DNA of 64,000 nucleotides from Saccharolobus islandicus REY15A (GCF_000189555.1 NC_017276.1), one strand, 5' to 3'. Counted from the stretch's first letter, positions 24,172 through 35,310 are shown. Translations and numbers: made by a program. Notes: generated by a model not told the origin, from the letters alone.

Positions 24172-25212
24172 CTATTTACCTCCCTCTAATTCTTCTTTAA
24201 TCTTTTTAAGCTCCTCTAAACCTATATTTCTAACTTTATAAGAATAAGGATTTTGCTTTTGTATTTCAATAATTACATTTTTCAGATCTTTGACCTTCTT
24301 TAAAATCTTATTTAATTCTCTGAAGTTTGTAGTATGAAAATTACTGTACTCTACACCTAACTCTAATGATAAAGTTTCAATTGCATTGGATAAACCTAAA
24401 AGATAATAATGTGCTAGAACTTGAACAATCGCCATGGCCTTTTCATGAGTTTCAACATCTGTTATAATAGGTACTAAACCACTTTTTCTCCAAAAATTCT
24501 CAATCCTTATAATATCATTATTAGAACTAGTTTGGGAAGGTATAATTACTATTCTCTCACCTACGGGATATTCAATTGGGCCGAAAAGTGGATGAGTAGA
24601 AATGTACTTGAATTCCAATTTTCTAGATAATTCTTCTAGAAATTTAAAAATCTCAAATTTAGAAGAACTAATATCCATCACAACTTTGCCTTTAAGCTTA
24701 TCTGAAAATAGCTCATTAGAATTACTTAATATAACATTAGGAGGTATTGCAAATATAATTATATCTCCCCAATCTACTGCTCTTAATGGAGCCATACTTA
24801 CGCATTTAAACTGATTAGCCAAAATCTCCGCTTTACTTAAATCTCTTCCAGTAATCGATACCTCATGACCAGCTAATGAAAGAATAGAAACAATCGATCT
24901 AGCCATTCCACCGTATCCATATATTACTACCTTCTCTTTCTCTCCAGGATTTATCTGAACTAATTTAGAATAGGAAAAAATTAAAGGTAATATTGATTCG
25001 ACTAAACTATTCGGAATGTTATACTTTTTTGCGTTAGATATCCATCTTTCTCTAACTTTCGTTTCCCTATTCTCGTCGGTAACACTTACGTTGGAATTTA
25101 ACTTAGCTTTCCCTATTTTTCTAGATAATTCTAATCTATACGAGAGCAATTTTACTAACTGCTCATCTACCTTATCTATTTCTTCCCTTAGTCGTGCTAT
25201 TTCCTCAGTCAT
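24172..25212 (-). CDS. tyrA: Chorismate mutase / prephenate dehydrogenase fusion
   Basis: AroQ N-terminus (LREEIDKVD..L..R); GYGGMA, DISSSK, THPLFGP, HEKAMAIVQ. Confidence 0.9.
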   Translation of the reverse strand: MTEEIARLREEIDKVDEQLVKLLSYRLELSRKIGKAKLNSNVSVTDENRETKVRERWISNAKKYNIPNSLVESILPLIFSYSKLVQINPGEKEKVVIYGYGGMARSIVSILSLAGHEVSITGRDLSKAEILANQFKCVSMAPLRAVDWGDIIIFAIPPNVILSNSNELFSDKLKGKVVMDISSSKFEIFKFLEELSRKLEFKYISTHPLFGPIEYPVGERIVIIPSQTSSNNDIIRIENFWRKSGLVPIITDVETHEKAMAIVQVLAHYYLLGLSNAIETLSLELGVEYSNFHTTNFRELNKILKKVKDLKNVIIEIQKQNPYSYKVRNIGLEELKKIKEELEGGK

Positions 25213-26154
25213 CTACTTCAATAACTCAATTGCCTCCCTTATAATAGTTTTATAGTTTATATTATAGTAATCTAGTAGATCCCTTTGACTTCTAGCAGAC
25301 CTTCCAAAAGTCGTGGCACCTACAAATCTTATGGGTACTGGATAACGCCTAGCTGTAACCTCTGCAACGGCAGAACCAATACCTCCATATATACTATGCT
25401 CTTCAATCGTAATTATCTTACCAGTCTTTCTAGCATAATATTCTATAGTACTTTCATCTATCGGCTTTATTGAGAATAAATTTATAACCGCTACACTAAT
25501 TCCTAATTTCTCTAATTCCTCAGCTGCCTTTAAGGCGTCCCACAAAACGACACCTGCCCCTATTATGGCTAAGTCGCTTCCATCCTTAATTACGTAAGCT
25601 TTGCCAATTTTGAATTCATATTCTTGACCTACTGTAATTGGTGGTGAATACTCCCTACCTATCCTATAGTACAATGGGCCTCTTTCCTCATTTATTATTA
25701 CTGGTAAGCTTCTTTCAATATCCTTAGGATCCGCTGGTACTATTACTTTCATGTTTGGTAAAACACGCATTAACGCTATATCTTCAAGAACTTGATGACT
25801 AGATCCATCACCATGGTCACTATATCCGGTGTGCGTTACAAACATCTTAACATCCAGATTCATTCTAGCTATACTATTCCTTATTTGCTCCCAAGCTCTC
25901 ATTAAGAACATCCCAAAATTAACTATAGCAGGTTTTTTTCCAACAGCAGCTAGGCCAGCAGCAAAATTTACCATGTCTTGCTCTGATATGCCGATATTAA
26001 AGTATCTATCCTTAAACTTCTCTCTAAAGTATAATGCTCTGGTAGAGTCTCCTACATCTGCAGTTATCACAATTAGATCTTTGTTCTTATCTCCTAGATC
26101 TGCTAACAATCTTCCGAAAGTTTCACGCATTGAGTAGATATTTCCTTGCATCAT
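25213..26154 (-). CDS. Transketolase, C-terminal subunit
   Basis: [31 protein letters not shown]. Confidence 0.93.
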   Translation of the reverse strand: MMQGNIYSMRETFGRLLADLGDKNKDLIVITADVGDSTRALYFREKFKDRYFNIGISEQDMVNFAAGLAAVGKKPAIVNFGMFLMRAWEQIRNSIARMNLDVKMFVTHTGYSDHGDGSSHQVLEDIALMRVLPNMKVIVPADPKDIERSLPVIINEERGPLYYRIGREYSPPITVGQEYEFKIGKAYVIKDGSDLAIIGAGVVLWDALKAAEELEKLGISVAVINLFSIKPIDESTIEYYARKTGKIITIEEHSIYGGIGSAVAEVTARRYPVPIRFVGATTFGRSARSQRDLLDYYNINYKTIIREAIELLK

Positions 26155-26968
26155 CTGGACTAGACCTCTGTTTATGGGTATTTTCTATTGCGGGGAATCC
26201 CTTTCCTCTTACAGTTTTAGCGAATATTACAACAGGTTTACTTGCCTTATGTGCCTCGTTGATTGCATTAGTAATACTTATGAAATCATGTCCATCACAG
26301 TTTAACACTTTCCAACCTACCGCTTCCCATACCTTAGGTAAGAAGTTCTTTGGTTTTATCTCCTCTGTTGAACCATCAAGCTGGAAATTGTTCATCTCTA
26401 TAAATGCAATCAAGTTGTCAAGATTTCTAACTACTGCATGTGTCATAGCCTCCCATATCTCTCCCTCATCTTGTTCTCCATCACCCATTATCACATACAC
26501 TCTTCCACTTCCATTAGCCATTTTTATACCAGTAGCGACACCTATTCCAAAGCTTAATCCTTGCCCTAAACTACCAGTCGACATATCTACACCGGGAATA
26601 AAAGTCTCTGGATGACCTTGTAGTAATCCCGTTATATCTTGTATTCTCCAAAGTTCCTCTTCTTTTATATAACCTTTTTCAGCTAGAACAGCATAAAGAG
26701 CTGGTGCTGCATGACCTTTACTTAAAATTAACCAGTCCTTATTCACTAAGCTTGAATCAGTCCTTATATGTTTGAATATTAATGTAGTTAGTATCTCTAT
26801 GCTACTTAGAGAAGATCCTACATGGATTGTCTGATCATAAAACAGCATTTTGATTACATTTCTTCTTGCCTTTTCAGCTACTTGTCTTAACTTATCCAAT
26901 TCTTCTATTGATATTGGAGTTCCATCACTTCCTCCACCTTTTTCCATTGGAACAATATCAATCCCCAC
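26123..26968 (-). CDS. Transketolase, N-terminal subunit
   Basis: [32 protein letters not shown] motif; true start may be ATG 26947. Confidence 0.93.
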   Translation of the reverse strand: MGIDIVPMEKGGGSDGTPISIEELDKLRQVAEKARRNVIKMLFYDQTIHVGSSLSSIEILTTLIFKHIRTDSSLVNKDWLILSKGHAAPALYAVLAEKGYIKEEELWRIQDITGLLQGHPETFIPGVDMSTGSLGQGLSFGIGVATGIKMANGSGRVYVIMGDGEQDEGEIWEAMTHAVVRNLDNLIAFIEMNNFQLDGSTEEIKPKNFLPKVWEAVGWKVLNCDGHDFISITNAINEAHKASKPVVIFAKTVRGKGFPAIENTHKQRSSPDDARKYLLNA

Positions 26969-27017
26969 TTTTAGTAGGCAACACTTATTTTTAAAGATTA
27001 TTCTACATTATAATCTT

Positions 27018-27893
27018 GTGGAAAGGTATTCTAGGCAGCTCTTAGTCTTAGGATTAGGAGTTCAACAGAGGTTAAATGAACTAAAGATATTAATTGCAGG
27101 TTGTGGAGCTTTGGGTTCTGCTATTGCGGAGCTCTTAGCTAGATTAGGAGTTGGAGAGATAACTGTAGTTGATGCAGATGTAGTAGACGTAACTAATTTG
27201 CATAGGGTTCATTTGTTTGACGAGAACGATGTAGGTAAGCCTAAAGCAGAGATTTGTGCTAAAAAGTTATCTCTTATAAATTCTTCAATCAAAATAAATT
27301 ATATTATAGATATACTTGACGAGCAAAATGTTGAGAAGCTAATTTCTGATAAGGATTATGTATTTGATGCTTTAGATAGTTTATACTACAAGTTATTATT
27401 AAATGATGCCACAGTAAAATTGCGAAAAATCCTAATATATGGAGGGATTAATGGTGAATATGGCTCTGTTAAATTAATAGATTCTAATCAAACTTCTTGC
27501 CTATCTTGTTTTATTAATTATTCAGATCAAGATGAAATTGGAAATTCGTGCGATGTCATCGGAACTACTCCATTAATAGTAGAATTAACAGCCACGCTTC
27601 AAGTTAATTTAATGCTTAATCATTTGAGAGGTAATCCGGATTACTCGTTGTTTTACATAGATTCTAGAGAACTAAAAATTGAGAGGATAAACATCGAGAA
27701 GAACTTTCAATGCAAGACATGTGTACTAAATGAATACCCTTTTCTAAATCAGAAAATAACTAAACCTAACTGCGGGATATTTAGGGTTAATATGAAAGTA
27801 ACGGAGTTAGATAAGCCTAAAGTTTTTAAAAACATCGGGAATGCAATTTTATGTTATCCTAATATTGGATGTTTCGAGAAAAGGGGAAGATAA
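27018..27893 (+). CDS. ThiF/MoeB/E1-like activating enzyme
   Basis: GTG 27018 (ERYSRQ), GCGALG, D.D.V..TNLHR, CLSC/CKTC Zn sites, catalytic Cys (SCDVIG). Confidence 0.9.
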   Translation: MERYSRQLLVLGLGVQQRLNELKILIAGCGALGSAIAELLARLGVGEITVVDADVVDVTNLHRVHLFDENDVGKPKAEICAKKLSLINSSIKINYIIDILDEQNVEKLISDKDYVFDALDSLYYKLLLNDATVKLRKILIYGGINGEYGSVKLIDSNQTSCLSCFINYSDQDEIGNSCDVIGTTPLIVELTATLQVNLMLNHLRGNPDYSLFYIDSRELKIERINIEKNFQCKTCVLNEYPFLNQKITKPNCGIFRVNMKVTELDKPKVFKNIGNAILCYPNIGCFEKRGR

Positions 27894-28789
27894 TGGATAA
27901 GAAATACATTGCGGCGATTGTTCTTCCATTTGTGGTTATTATAATCTATGTATACATATTTAAAATCAATGTAGTATATGTATTAGAGGAGGATCCCAAA
28001 TTCTTTCTAATTTTTCTTTTAGCGTATGTTGCTCAGAATTCCATCTCATCATTTAAGGATTCATCGCTAATTAAGCGTAGAGTAGACATAGCATTAAGAG
28101 CTAGATTACTGGGTAATTTTGTAGGTCTGTTATTACCTGGATGGGCTGGGCAGGAACTAGTTAGAAGCTTAGTTTACAATAAACATGAAGTAAATTTAAG
28201 GCAAGCATTTAGTTACTCTATCCTTATAGGATCCATAGATGTACTTGCAATATGTTTGGGTTATATTTTACTATTGCCATTCTTTTTTAACCCATTAGAA
28301 TTTATATTCATTTTAGTCGTATTATTTAACATAGCTGGATGGATAGCTGCACTATCGTATTTTTACTTGCAGCATAATAAAGTAAACAAAATAGAACAAT
28401 TCATCTTTAAGATAGTTAAAATGGAACGAATTGTGACAGATTATATGGAATTTAAGTATTACCTTAAGCAGGGAACCACAAAGGATTTTGTAATTTATAT
28501 CATAATTGATATACTTGGTTTCGCTTGCTATGGTGGCTATTTTTATTATATTACACATAATATTTTTATATCAATTTTTATCTCTTTTTTATATCAAGTA
28601 TCTATATTAATACCAATACCATCTGCTGCAGTAGTGGGGGAGTTAGCACTATCAATATTTTTAAATCCCTCTTATGTTTTTGCAACAAGATTAAACTATA
28701 TCATATCAAACTTACTTGGATCTATTTTCTTTAAGGATATGAGCTTTGAAGAGCTTAAAAAATGGTCAAAAGAAATTCTAAAGAGATAG
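27893..28789 (+). CDS. Membrane protein, UPF0104 / lysylphosphatidylglycerol-synthase-TM-like
   Basis: TAATG overlap with the upstream stop; multi-TM; LLPGWAGQELVR and IPIPSAAVVGE patterns. Confidence 0.65.
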   Translation: MDKKYIAAIVLPFVVIIIYVYIFKINVVYVLEEDPKFFLIFLLAYVAQNSISSFKDSSLIKRRVDIALRARLLGNFVGLLLPGWAGQELVRSLVYNKHEVNLRQAFSYSILIGSIDVLAICLGYILLLPFFFNPLEFIFILVVLFNIAGWIAALSYFYLQHNKVNKIEQFIFKIVKMERIVTDYMEFKYYLKQGTTKDFVIYIIIDILGFACYGGYFYYITHNIFISIFISFLYQVSILIPIPSAAVVGELALSIFLNPSYVFATRLNYIISNLLGSIFFKDMSFEELKKWSKEILKR

Positions 28790-28791
28790 TA

Positions 28792-29841
28792 ATGGAACTA
28801 TTCTTAGGAGAGCCCAATAACCAAGAAATAAGGGAAGTAGTTAGGAATATATATTCAAAGGATAGTTTGTGTTTATCTGTATACTATTCTATAGAGCCTA
28901 TATTATTTTCATTCATTATTTCCAAGAATACTAAGAATTCTTTCATTCTTTCGTTCATTCCAGAAGAATGTGAGACGCAAATCAGACTTGACTCTAACGG
29001 TAAATGGATAATAGATGATAAGAAAAAGTATTTCTTAGGACAAAACTCCTTTTGCTCATATTTGCCTATAACTGCTGAAGATGTTTTACCAATTACTAGT
29101 TGTATTGTGACATCCACAATAGTAGATAGAAGACCATTTTCTGAATGGGAACTAGAAATAATAAAAGAAATGGAAAAATTTGATATAACTAATGAAAAAA
29201 ATCTGAAAATCCCAGCATATAAAACTTTACCACTCTTTTTATCTTTAATGTTTTCTCTGGATCCTTATATACCTAGTATATCTGGCAATAGAGAAAATAC
29301 AATAAATCTTATAAAGGAAATAAATACTAGTGAAATAGCAAAACTAGAAGATCTAAACGAGAGTCAGTTAAATACATTACTTTTCAGAATAATTTCTACT
29401 ATTGTAAAAGAAAACCCGAAATTTACTAGAGATGATATAATTACGGATAGATTTTTTTATCTTGACTATGATATATTAGAGTTAGCGTTTTCGTTAATTT
29501 ATTCGTTTGATACTATCGGTAGTAATGAGATCTTGCAGTTTGTTTTATCGTCATCTTATGCTGAGGCATTAATCAGCAGATTTAGACAAACTCTCTCCAA
29601 GGGATTCTCAATTAATTTAGTTGAAAATAAGCAATCGTATTATATTGTTGAAACAGTCAATTTTAATTCTCCTTTTTTGGTGCAAATAATATTGTTACAA
29701 TTACAAAAGATAAGGAGAGATAAAATGATAGTAATAAAAGATAATGATAAGCTTTACACTAGTAGATTTTTTATCCCATCAATAAAGAAAGAAGGGTTGA
29801 TTAAAATTGATGATAGAATTAAGAATCTTATCGGAACATGA
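28792..29841 (+). CDS. Inactivated DHH/RecJ-family protein, probable Cdc45 (RecJdbh)
   Basis: RecJ-like PLFLSL.FS.DPYIPSISGN.E segment but no DHH motif; fits the known Sulfolobales Cdc45 locus upstream of pcc1-rpl10e. Confidence 0.65.
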   Translation: MELFLGEPNNQEIREVVRNIYSKDSLCLSVYYSIEPILFSFIISKNTKNSFILSFIPEECETQIRLDSNGKWIIDDKKKYFLGQNSFCSYLPITAEDVLPITSCIVTSTIVDRRPFSEWELEIIKEMEKFDITNEKNLKIPAYKTLPLFLSLMFSLDPYIPSISGNRENTINLIKEINTSEIAKLEDLNESQLNTLLFRIISTIVKENPKFTRDDIITDRFFYLDYDILELAFSLIYSFDTIGSNEILQFVLSSSYAEALISRFRQTLSKGFSINLVENKQSYYIVETVNFNSPFLVQIILLQLQKIRRDKMIVIKDNDKLYTSRFFIPSIKKEGLIKIDDRIKNLIGT

Positions 29842-30055
29842 AGATGCAGAACTAATTATAAGAAGTTTAAACGTTGATAATGTAAATTTACCAGAAGGAA
29901 TGTCAATTCAAACCAAGGTTGAAGGCAAAGAGTTAGAGATTGTAATAAAGATGAGAATTACAAAGCCAAACGACTTAATGACAGTCAGAAATACTGCGGA
30001 CGAGATATTAGCGCATATAAAGGCACTTCAATCGTCATTTGATGCTATAAGTTAA
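29810..30055 (+). CDS. pcc1: KEOPS subunit Pcc1
   Basis: SL.VDN and VRNTADEIL pattern, ~81 aa. Confidence 0.8.
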   Translation: MIELRILSEHEDAELIIRSLNVDNVNLPEGMSIQTKVEGKELEIVIKMRITKPNDLMTVRNTADEILAHIKALQSSFDAIS

Positions 30056-30096
30056 ATATTTAGTCTTTAATACAAAAGTCTATATCGTGAGGTTAA

Positions 30097-30633
30097 ATGC
30101 CACTACGACCTGGAAGATGTTATAGACATTTCTCCGGTCCTGCATATACCAGGAAAGAATACATCCCTGGTATTCCACAACCAAAGATAACTAAATTTAC
30201 ATCTGGAAATCCAAATGGAGATTATGACTATGAAGTTAGGTTAATTACTACTGAGATAGGGCAAATAAGGCATAATGCTTTGGAAGCTGTTAGGACTATT
30301 ACTCTAAAGACATTAACTAAGAGAACTGGAAGTGAAACTTCGTTCTTTATGTGGATCTTAAAGTACCCCCATCATGTATTAAGAGAGAATAAAATGATGG
30401 CGTTTGCTGGAGCTGATAGATTACAGGACGGAATGAGATTGTCTTTTGGTACACCAATTGGTACTGCTGCTAGGATTGAAAAATTAGGAGAAATTTTAAT
30501 TGTAGTAAAAGTTAAGAAGGAACATCTAGACTTCGCAAAAGAGGCGTTAAAGATAGCATCAAAGAAGTTACCTTTGCGTACTAGAATTGAGATCATTCCA
30601 TTAAGGCCCATAAGACAGGAGGTTCAAAGTTGA
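30097..30633 (+). CDS. rpl10e: 50S ribosomal protein uL16 (L10e)
   Basis: [34 protein letters not shown]. Confidence 0.97.
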   Translation: MPLRPGRCYRHFSGPAYTRKEYIPGIPQPKITKFTSGNPNGDYDYEVRLITTEIGQIRHNALEAVRTITLKTLTKRTGSETSFFMWILKYPHHVLRENKMMAFAGADRLQDGMRLSFGTPIGTAARIEKLGEILIVVKVKKEHLDFAKEALKIASKKLPLRTRIEIIPLRPIRQEVQS

Positions 30634-31631
30634 ACTATAATTTTGAAGAAGAACGTGTAGTGAAGGAAATACGTGAAAAGGACGCAAAACGTGTTCTTTT
30701 ACAATTTCCCGAAGGATTGAAGTATTTTTCTATAGATATAGTAAAGAAGTTAAAGGAAAAGCTACCTAACGTTGATTTTATAATATCTGGTGAACCTAGT
30801 TGGGGGGCTTGTGACATAGCTGAGGATGAAGCCCAACAAGTAAATGCTGACCTAATAATTCATTTCGGTCATACCCCTTATACGTGGTACTATCCTAAGT
30901 TTCCTACGATATTTATTAATGCTGAAAGTAATTTGGATATTTCTGAAAGTGTTCTTCAATCTTTAGAAAATGATATCAGTAAATATAATGGAAGAAAAAT
31001 CTCATTAACAGCAACCTTACAGCACGTAAGATTAGTGTCCAAAATTAAGTCTTTCTTAGAAGATAAGGGATACGATGTAGTCATAGGCAAGCCATCTAAT
31101 AGATTTATGTTTGATGGTCAAATTTTAGGCTGTGACTACAAAGCAGCCGAAGTAGAAGCAGATACATATGTTATTGTATCAGGTGGACTATTTCATGCTT
31201 TAGGTTTAGGATTAGCTACAAATAAACCGACTATAAAACTTGATCCGTATTTACAGAAAAGTGAGGATATAACAAACGAGGTTAGGAAGATACTAAAAGT
31301 TAGATATGGTAAAATCCTACAAGCAATGGATAAACGCACTTGGGTAATTATACAAGGTGTTAAGGTTGGGCAAAATAGACCAAATATGATAAAATACTTC
31401 TATGATGAGTTAACTAAAAAAGGCTATGATGTTTTTATAGTAACAAATAAAGTGTTAACACGAGATGTACTTAGAAACCTAGATAGAAGCTATATAGATG
31501 TATTTTTAGTTACATCTTGCCCTAGATTGCCCATAGATGATCTATATAACTATGAAAAGCCAGTGTTAACACCTGGAGAGGCCAAAATGATCATAAATAA
31601 TAGTCTGGAACCCTATATTTTCCCATGGTGA
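30630..31631 (+). CDS. dph2: Diphthamide biosynthesis radical-SAM enzyme Dph2
   Basis: LQFPEGL, WGACD, HFGHT, QILGC, TSCPR. Confidence 0.95.
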   Translation: MNYNFEEERVVKEIREKDAKRVLLQFPEGLKYFSIDIVKKLKEKLPNVDFIISGEPSWGACDIAEDEAQQVNADLIIHFGHTPYTWYYPKFPTIFINAESNLDISESVLQSLENDISKYNGRKISLTATLQHVRLVSKIKSFLEDKGYDVVIGKPSNRFMFDGQILGCDYKAAEVEADTYVIVSGGLFHALGLGLATNKPTIKLDPYLQKSEDITNEVRKILKVRYGKILQAMDKRTWVIIQGVKVGQNRPNMIKYFYDELTKKGYDVFIVTNKVLTRDVLRNLDRSYIDVFLVTSCPRLPIDDLYNYEKPVLTPGEAKMIINNSLEPYIFPW

Positions 31632-31636
31632 AGTAA

Positions 31637-32206
31637 ATGAGAGTTCAAGGTGAATTAACCTTACCCGGAGAAGAGCTAGCAGTGATTGAAGAATTTATAG
31701 CTGGCGATGGTACGTATGAACAAAATGGTATAGTTAGAGCTGCGGTTGTAGGAAAAATCTTTTATGATATGCTAAATAGAAAAAGTAACGTACTGGGATT
31801 TAAGAAAATCATACTTCAACACTTAAAGAAGGCTAAATACGTGATCGGTATTGTAAATTCTATTAAAGAAGATTCAGCACTAGTTTCAATAGTAGGTATC
31901 GAGGAGAAAAGTCTTGCGTCATCAATTTCGGCTTACTTACATATCTCTCAAATAAGTAATAAAAAACTTAATAGTATAACAGATGCTATAAAAATCGGAG
32001 ATGTAATTAAAGCTAAATTACTTTCATACACTTTTCCTTTAGCTTTAACTATTAAGATGAAAGATCTTGGAGTTGTTTATGCTAGATGCTCAAGATGTGG
32101 ATACTTATTGATCAAGCAAGACGAAAATAATTTAAAATGTCAGAGATGCGGAAATATTGAACAACGAAAAATAGGATCTTATATGGTGAAGAAAGGTGGA
32201 AATTAA
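31637..32206 (+). CDS. csl4: Exosome cap subunit Csl4
   Basis: LPGEEL, S1 domain, CSRC/CQRC Zn ribbon. Confidence 0.93.
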
Positions 32207-32474
32207 AATACTAAAAAGTGAAAGAAATTACTTAGAATTAGAGATAGAAGGGGAAGATCATACGTTAGGTAACTTAATTGCGGGTACCTTGAGGAAAATT
32301 AGTGGTGTAAGCTTTGCTTCATATTATCAACCGCATCCCCTAACTGATAAAATAATAGTTAAAATACTAACTGATGGTTCAATAGCTCCTAAAGATGCTT
32401 TACTAAAAGCTATCGAAACTGTAAGAGTAATGGCCTCACATTATATAGACGAAATAAAGGGATTAAGTAAGTGA
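32196..32474 (+). CDS. rpoL: RNA polymerase subunit Rpo11
   Basis: [16 protein letters not shown]. Confidence 0.96.
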
Positions 32475-32743
32475 AAAAGGAGACAAGGATAGCAATATTA
32501 GTTAAAGTCGATTGTTTGTATGCAATATGTATATTTAGGGGTAATTTCTTAGAAAAGCTATTTTTAGATATAAATGAGGAGAATCTAATTAAGCAAATAG
32601 CTACATCTTCCATAATTGATGAAATCAGATATTCTAATATTGGAATTGGTGAAAACTTTAAAGAACAAGAACCAGAGAAAATATGTGAAAATCTCATAAA
32701 GAAACTATCAGAAAAGTTAAATATAGATAAAGTAAATGGTTAA
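32471..32743 (+). CDS. Hypothetical protein
   Basis: GTGA overlap with rpoL; fills the rpoL-tfs gap in the operon. Confidence 0.7.
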
Positions 32744-32761
32744 GCTTGTAGCGTGGTATTA

Positions 32762-33097
32762 ATGAAGTTCTGTCCCAAATGTAACTCTATGATGGTCCCA
32801 AAGAAATCCAATGGTAAGAACACATATAGATGCACGAAATGTGGTTATGAAGAGGAGGTTCCAGAGACAACAATAGTAGTGACAAGCAAAGTAAAACACA
32901 GTATTAAAGAAAAAACGTTAATATTAGAGGAGGAGGAAATGCCCAGTGGGGCTCAAAAAATAAAAGGTGTTCTATGTCCTTCATGTAAAAATGACGAAGC
33001 CTACTTCTGGATATTGCAAACTAGAAGGGCAGATGAGCCACCAACTAGATTTTATAAGTGCACAAAATGTGGTAAAGTATGGAGAGAGTACGAATAA
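32762..33097 (+). CDS. tfs: Transcript cleavage factor TFS (TFIIS/Rpb9-like)
   Basis: Two Zn ribbons; QTRRADEPPT acidic hairpin. Confidence 0.95.
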   Translation: MKFCPKCNSMMVPKKSNGKNTYRCTKCGYEEEVPETTIVVTSKVKHSIKEKTLILEEEEMPSGAQKIKGVLCPSCKNDEAYFWILQTRRADEPPTRFYKCTKCGKVWREYE

Positions 33098-33140
33098 AAG
33101 AATGAGAAAATCTTATTTTATTGAATTCTCATTTTATGTT

Positions 33141-33230
33141 GGACCCGTAGCTCAGCCAGGACGGAGCGCCGGCCTTCTAGCGTCTAAGGGGGATAGCCGG
33201 CGGTCCCGGGTTCAAATCCCGGCGGGTCCG
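33141..33230 (+). tRNA. tRNA-Arg(TCT) with 15-nt intron
   Basis: GGACCCG/CGGGTCC acceptor stem, CCGGC/GCCGG anticodon stem, TCT at 33176-33178, GGTTCAAATCC T-arm; CCA not encoded. Confidence 0.95.
33180..33194 (+). other. tRNA intron at canonical 37/38 position
   Basis: Removing GCGTCTAAGGGGGAT restores a 7-nt anticodon loop. Confidence 0.85.
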
Positions 33231-33232
33231 CA
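33195..33232. repeat. 38-bp inverted repeat (partner 34864-34901): identical tRNA-Arg 3' halves
   Basis: AGCCGGCGGTCCCGGGTTCAAATCCCGGCGGGTCCGCA here, and its reverse complement at 34864-34901. Confidence 0.9.
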
Positions 33233-33301
33233 CATATTATCACTTGGTATATACTAATTCTAGATACTCTTATAATCTCAACAAAATACATACAACACGA
33301 A

Positions 33302-34657
33302 ATGGACTATAATAAAACGAATTTTTCCACATTAGAATTCAAGAGCGTCTTGACAGCGGGTATGGGAGTATTTACTGATGGGTATGAACTTTACGCGATC
33401 TCTTTAGTTTTCTATTATATACAAAAGGAATTTTTATTAAATGGGCTTGAGGAAGGAATAGTTATAGCTAGTGCGTATTATGGTGCAGCAGTTTCTGCAA
33501 TTCTATTAGGCTTTTTATCAGATAAACTAGGAAGAAAGTTCATCTATGGTCTCGATGTAGCTTTAATGAGTCTAGGAATACTATTTCAGTCGATATCAAC
33601 GAATTTTACAGAGTTAGTTATGTCTAGAATAATCTTAGGTTTTGGAATTGGAGCAGATTATGTTCTTTCTCCTATAATTACTGCAGAGAATTCAAATCCC
33701 AAAAATAGAGGAAAACGAATGATAATAACATTTGCAGTACTTTGGGGAATGGGTGCAGTTGCCGCAGCATTTATCGAACAAATCTTGCTGTTAATTAACA
33801 TAGGGAATGATCTCATATGGAGAATAGTATTGTTTATGGGAATCCTCCCAGCAGTTTCTGTATTTTACCTAAGGAGAAAACTCCCTGAAACATATAAATT
33901 CTTGACTAGAATTAAACCAAAGCGAGAAGAATTAAAGAAGTTGGAAAACGAAATAAAAAGTAAAATTACAATTTCTTTAGATGAAGTTCCATTCTCAAAA
34001 AGATTCATATCAGCTATAGGAATTACAATTATATCTTCTATACTCTGGCTTCTTTACGATATGTATTCCTCTACGTTTGCGATCTACGGGCCAATAACCA
34101 TAGCGGGAAACTTAGGCCTAAATCCCATAGAATTCACATATTTGGCACAGTTTCTTGCAGGTTTACCGGGTCAGATAATAAGCATTTATCTAGTGGACAA
34201 AATAGGAAGAAAACCATTAATTGTGATAGGTTATGCTGGTGTTGCGTTTTGGCTTTTCATGTATACAATGCTTCTCATGAATCCGTATTACTTTGGACTT
34301 AGCATACATATAAGTAATCCGTTAAAAACAGCAGAAAGTTTAACCGGAGAGGCGGCATTGTTGGGTCTATTATTTTATCTTATGAACTATTTATCATCAG
34401 CAATTGGACCCGCATCTATAATAGGGTCAGCAATGCTAACTTCAGAGTTAGTTCCAACAAAAGTTAGGGGGACCAGCCAAGCTATTAGTGTGGCAGCAGA
34501 TAGACTAGCCGCAGCTTTTAGTATTACAGCATTTCCTCTGCTATTAGCCAAATTTGGACTCCCTGCATTACTAGCAGTATACTCAACAATTGCACTAGTA
34601 TCATGTATTATAACTCTACTTTTAATACCAGAAACCAAAGGAGTAGAGTTAAGTTGA
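33302..34657 (+). CDS. MFS transporter (sugar/phosphate porter family)
   Basis: [35 protein letters not shown]. Confidence 0.92.
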   Translation: MDYNKTNFSTLEFKSVLTAGMGVFTDGYELYAISLVFYYIQKEFLLNGLEEGIVIASAYYGAAVSAILLGFLSDKLGRKFIYGLDVALMSLGILFQSISTNFTELVMSRIILGFGIGADYVLSPIITAENSNPKNRGKRMIITFAVLWGMGAVAAAFIEQILLLINIGNDLIWRIVLFMGILPAVSVFYLRRKLPETYKFLTRIKPKREELKKLENEIKSKITISLDEVPFSKRFISAIGITIISSILWLLYDMYSSTFAIYGPITIAGNLGLNPIEFTYLAQFLAGLPGQIISIYLVDKIGRKPLIVIGYAGVAFWLFMYTMLLMNPYYFGLSIHISNPLKTAESLTGEAALLGLLFYLMNYLSSAIGPASIIGSAMLTSELVPTKVRGTSQAISVAADRLAAAFSITAFPLLLAKFGLPALLAVYSTIALVSCIITLLLIPETKGVELS

Positions 34658-34865
34658 AATAGTTTTTACTTAATATTTTATTTTTAGTCACAATATATAA
34701 AGATTTTAATAAAAACTGTGATAAGCTTAGTTATTTATGGTATAATGGGCAATCGTGAATTTCTCATAAAACTTAGAGAGTAGAGAGTGTACCATTATGT
34801 AACATTAAATTATCTTTTTAATAAAGATTTACAAATCTTAATCTGAACCCAAAAAATGTAGTATG

Positions 34866-34940
34866 CGGACCCGCCGGGATTTGAACCCGGGACCGCCGGC
34901 TCCGGAGGCCAGTGCTCTATCCTGGCTGAGCTACGGGTCC
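34866..34940 (-). tRNA. tRNA-Arg(CCG)
   Basis: Reverse complement GGACCCGTAGCTCAGCCAGGATAGAGCACTGGCCTCCGGAGCCGGCGGTCCCGGGTTCAAATCCCGGCGGGTCCG. Confidence 0.96.
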
Positions 34941-35103
34941 AACATAAATATGCCTCATACGATATTTTAAACTGTTAGGCATAGTATAGCTGCAAGGTGT
35001 AAGGAAGAAAACTTCGCCTTCTTAGGTGTTAACGCCACTAAACCTTCTTAAATTATAAGGCAAGTTTCATATCCATATATAAGGGGTTCTCTTAGCTTCA
35101 TGA

Positions 35104-35310
35104 ATGATCTCGAAATTCTCATCAATTATAGTTTGACCTTTTAGAGAAAAGTTAGAATGTTTTTGTATTAAGGGTTTTCTTATTACAGTCATCTCTCGAG
35201 AAGGATTAAAATTAGGAAAAATATTAAAAGTAGAGGAAGATTTATTAAATGACATAGAGGGTAATTTTATAGGATGTGAGTATTCTAACAACAAGTATAT
35301 TTTTACATAG
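35104..35310 (+). pseudogene. Small ORF interrupted by an in-frame TGA at codon 11
   Basis: TATATAAG at 35076-35083, ATG 35104, TGA 35134-35136, open frame to TAG 35308-35310, then the ABCE1 SD. Confidence 0.45.

Noticed and set aside
32967-33257. 96-aa ORF
   Set aside because: It spans the tfs 3' end and tRNA-Arg(TCT); artefact.
35134-35136. Selenocysteine reading of the in-frame TGA
   Set aside because: Sulfolobales are not known to have Sec machinery, and no redox motif or SECIS was recognised.
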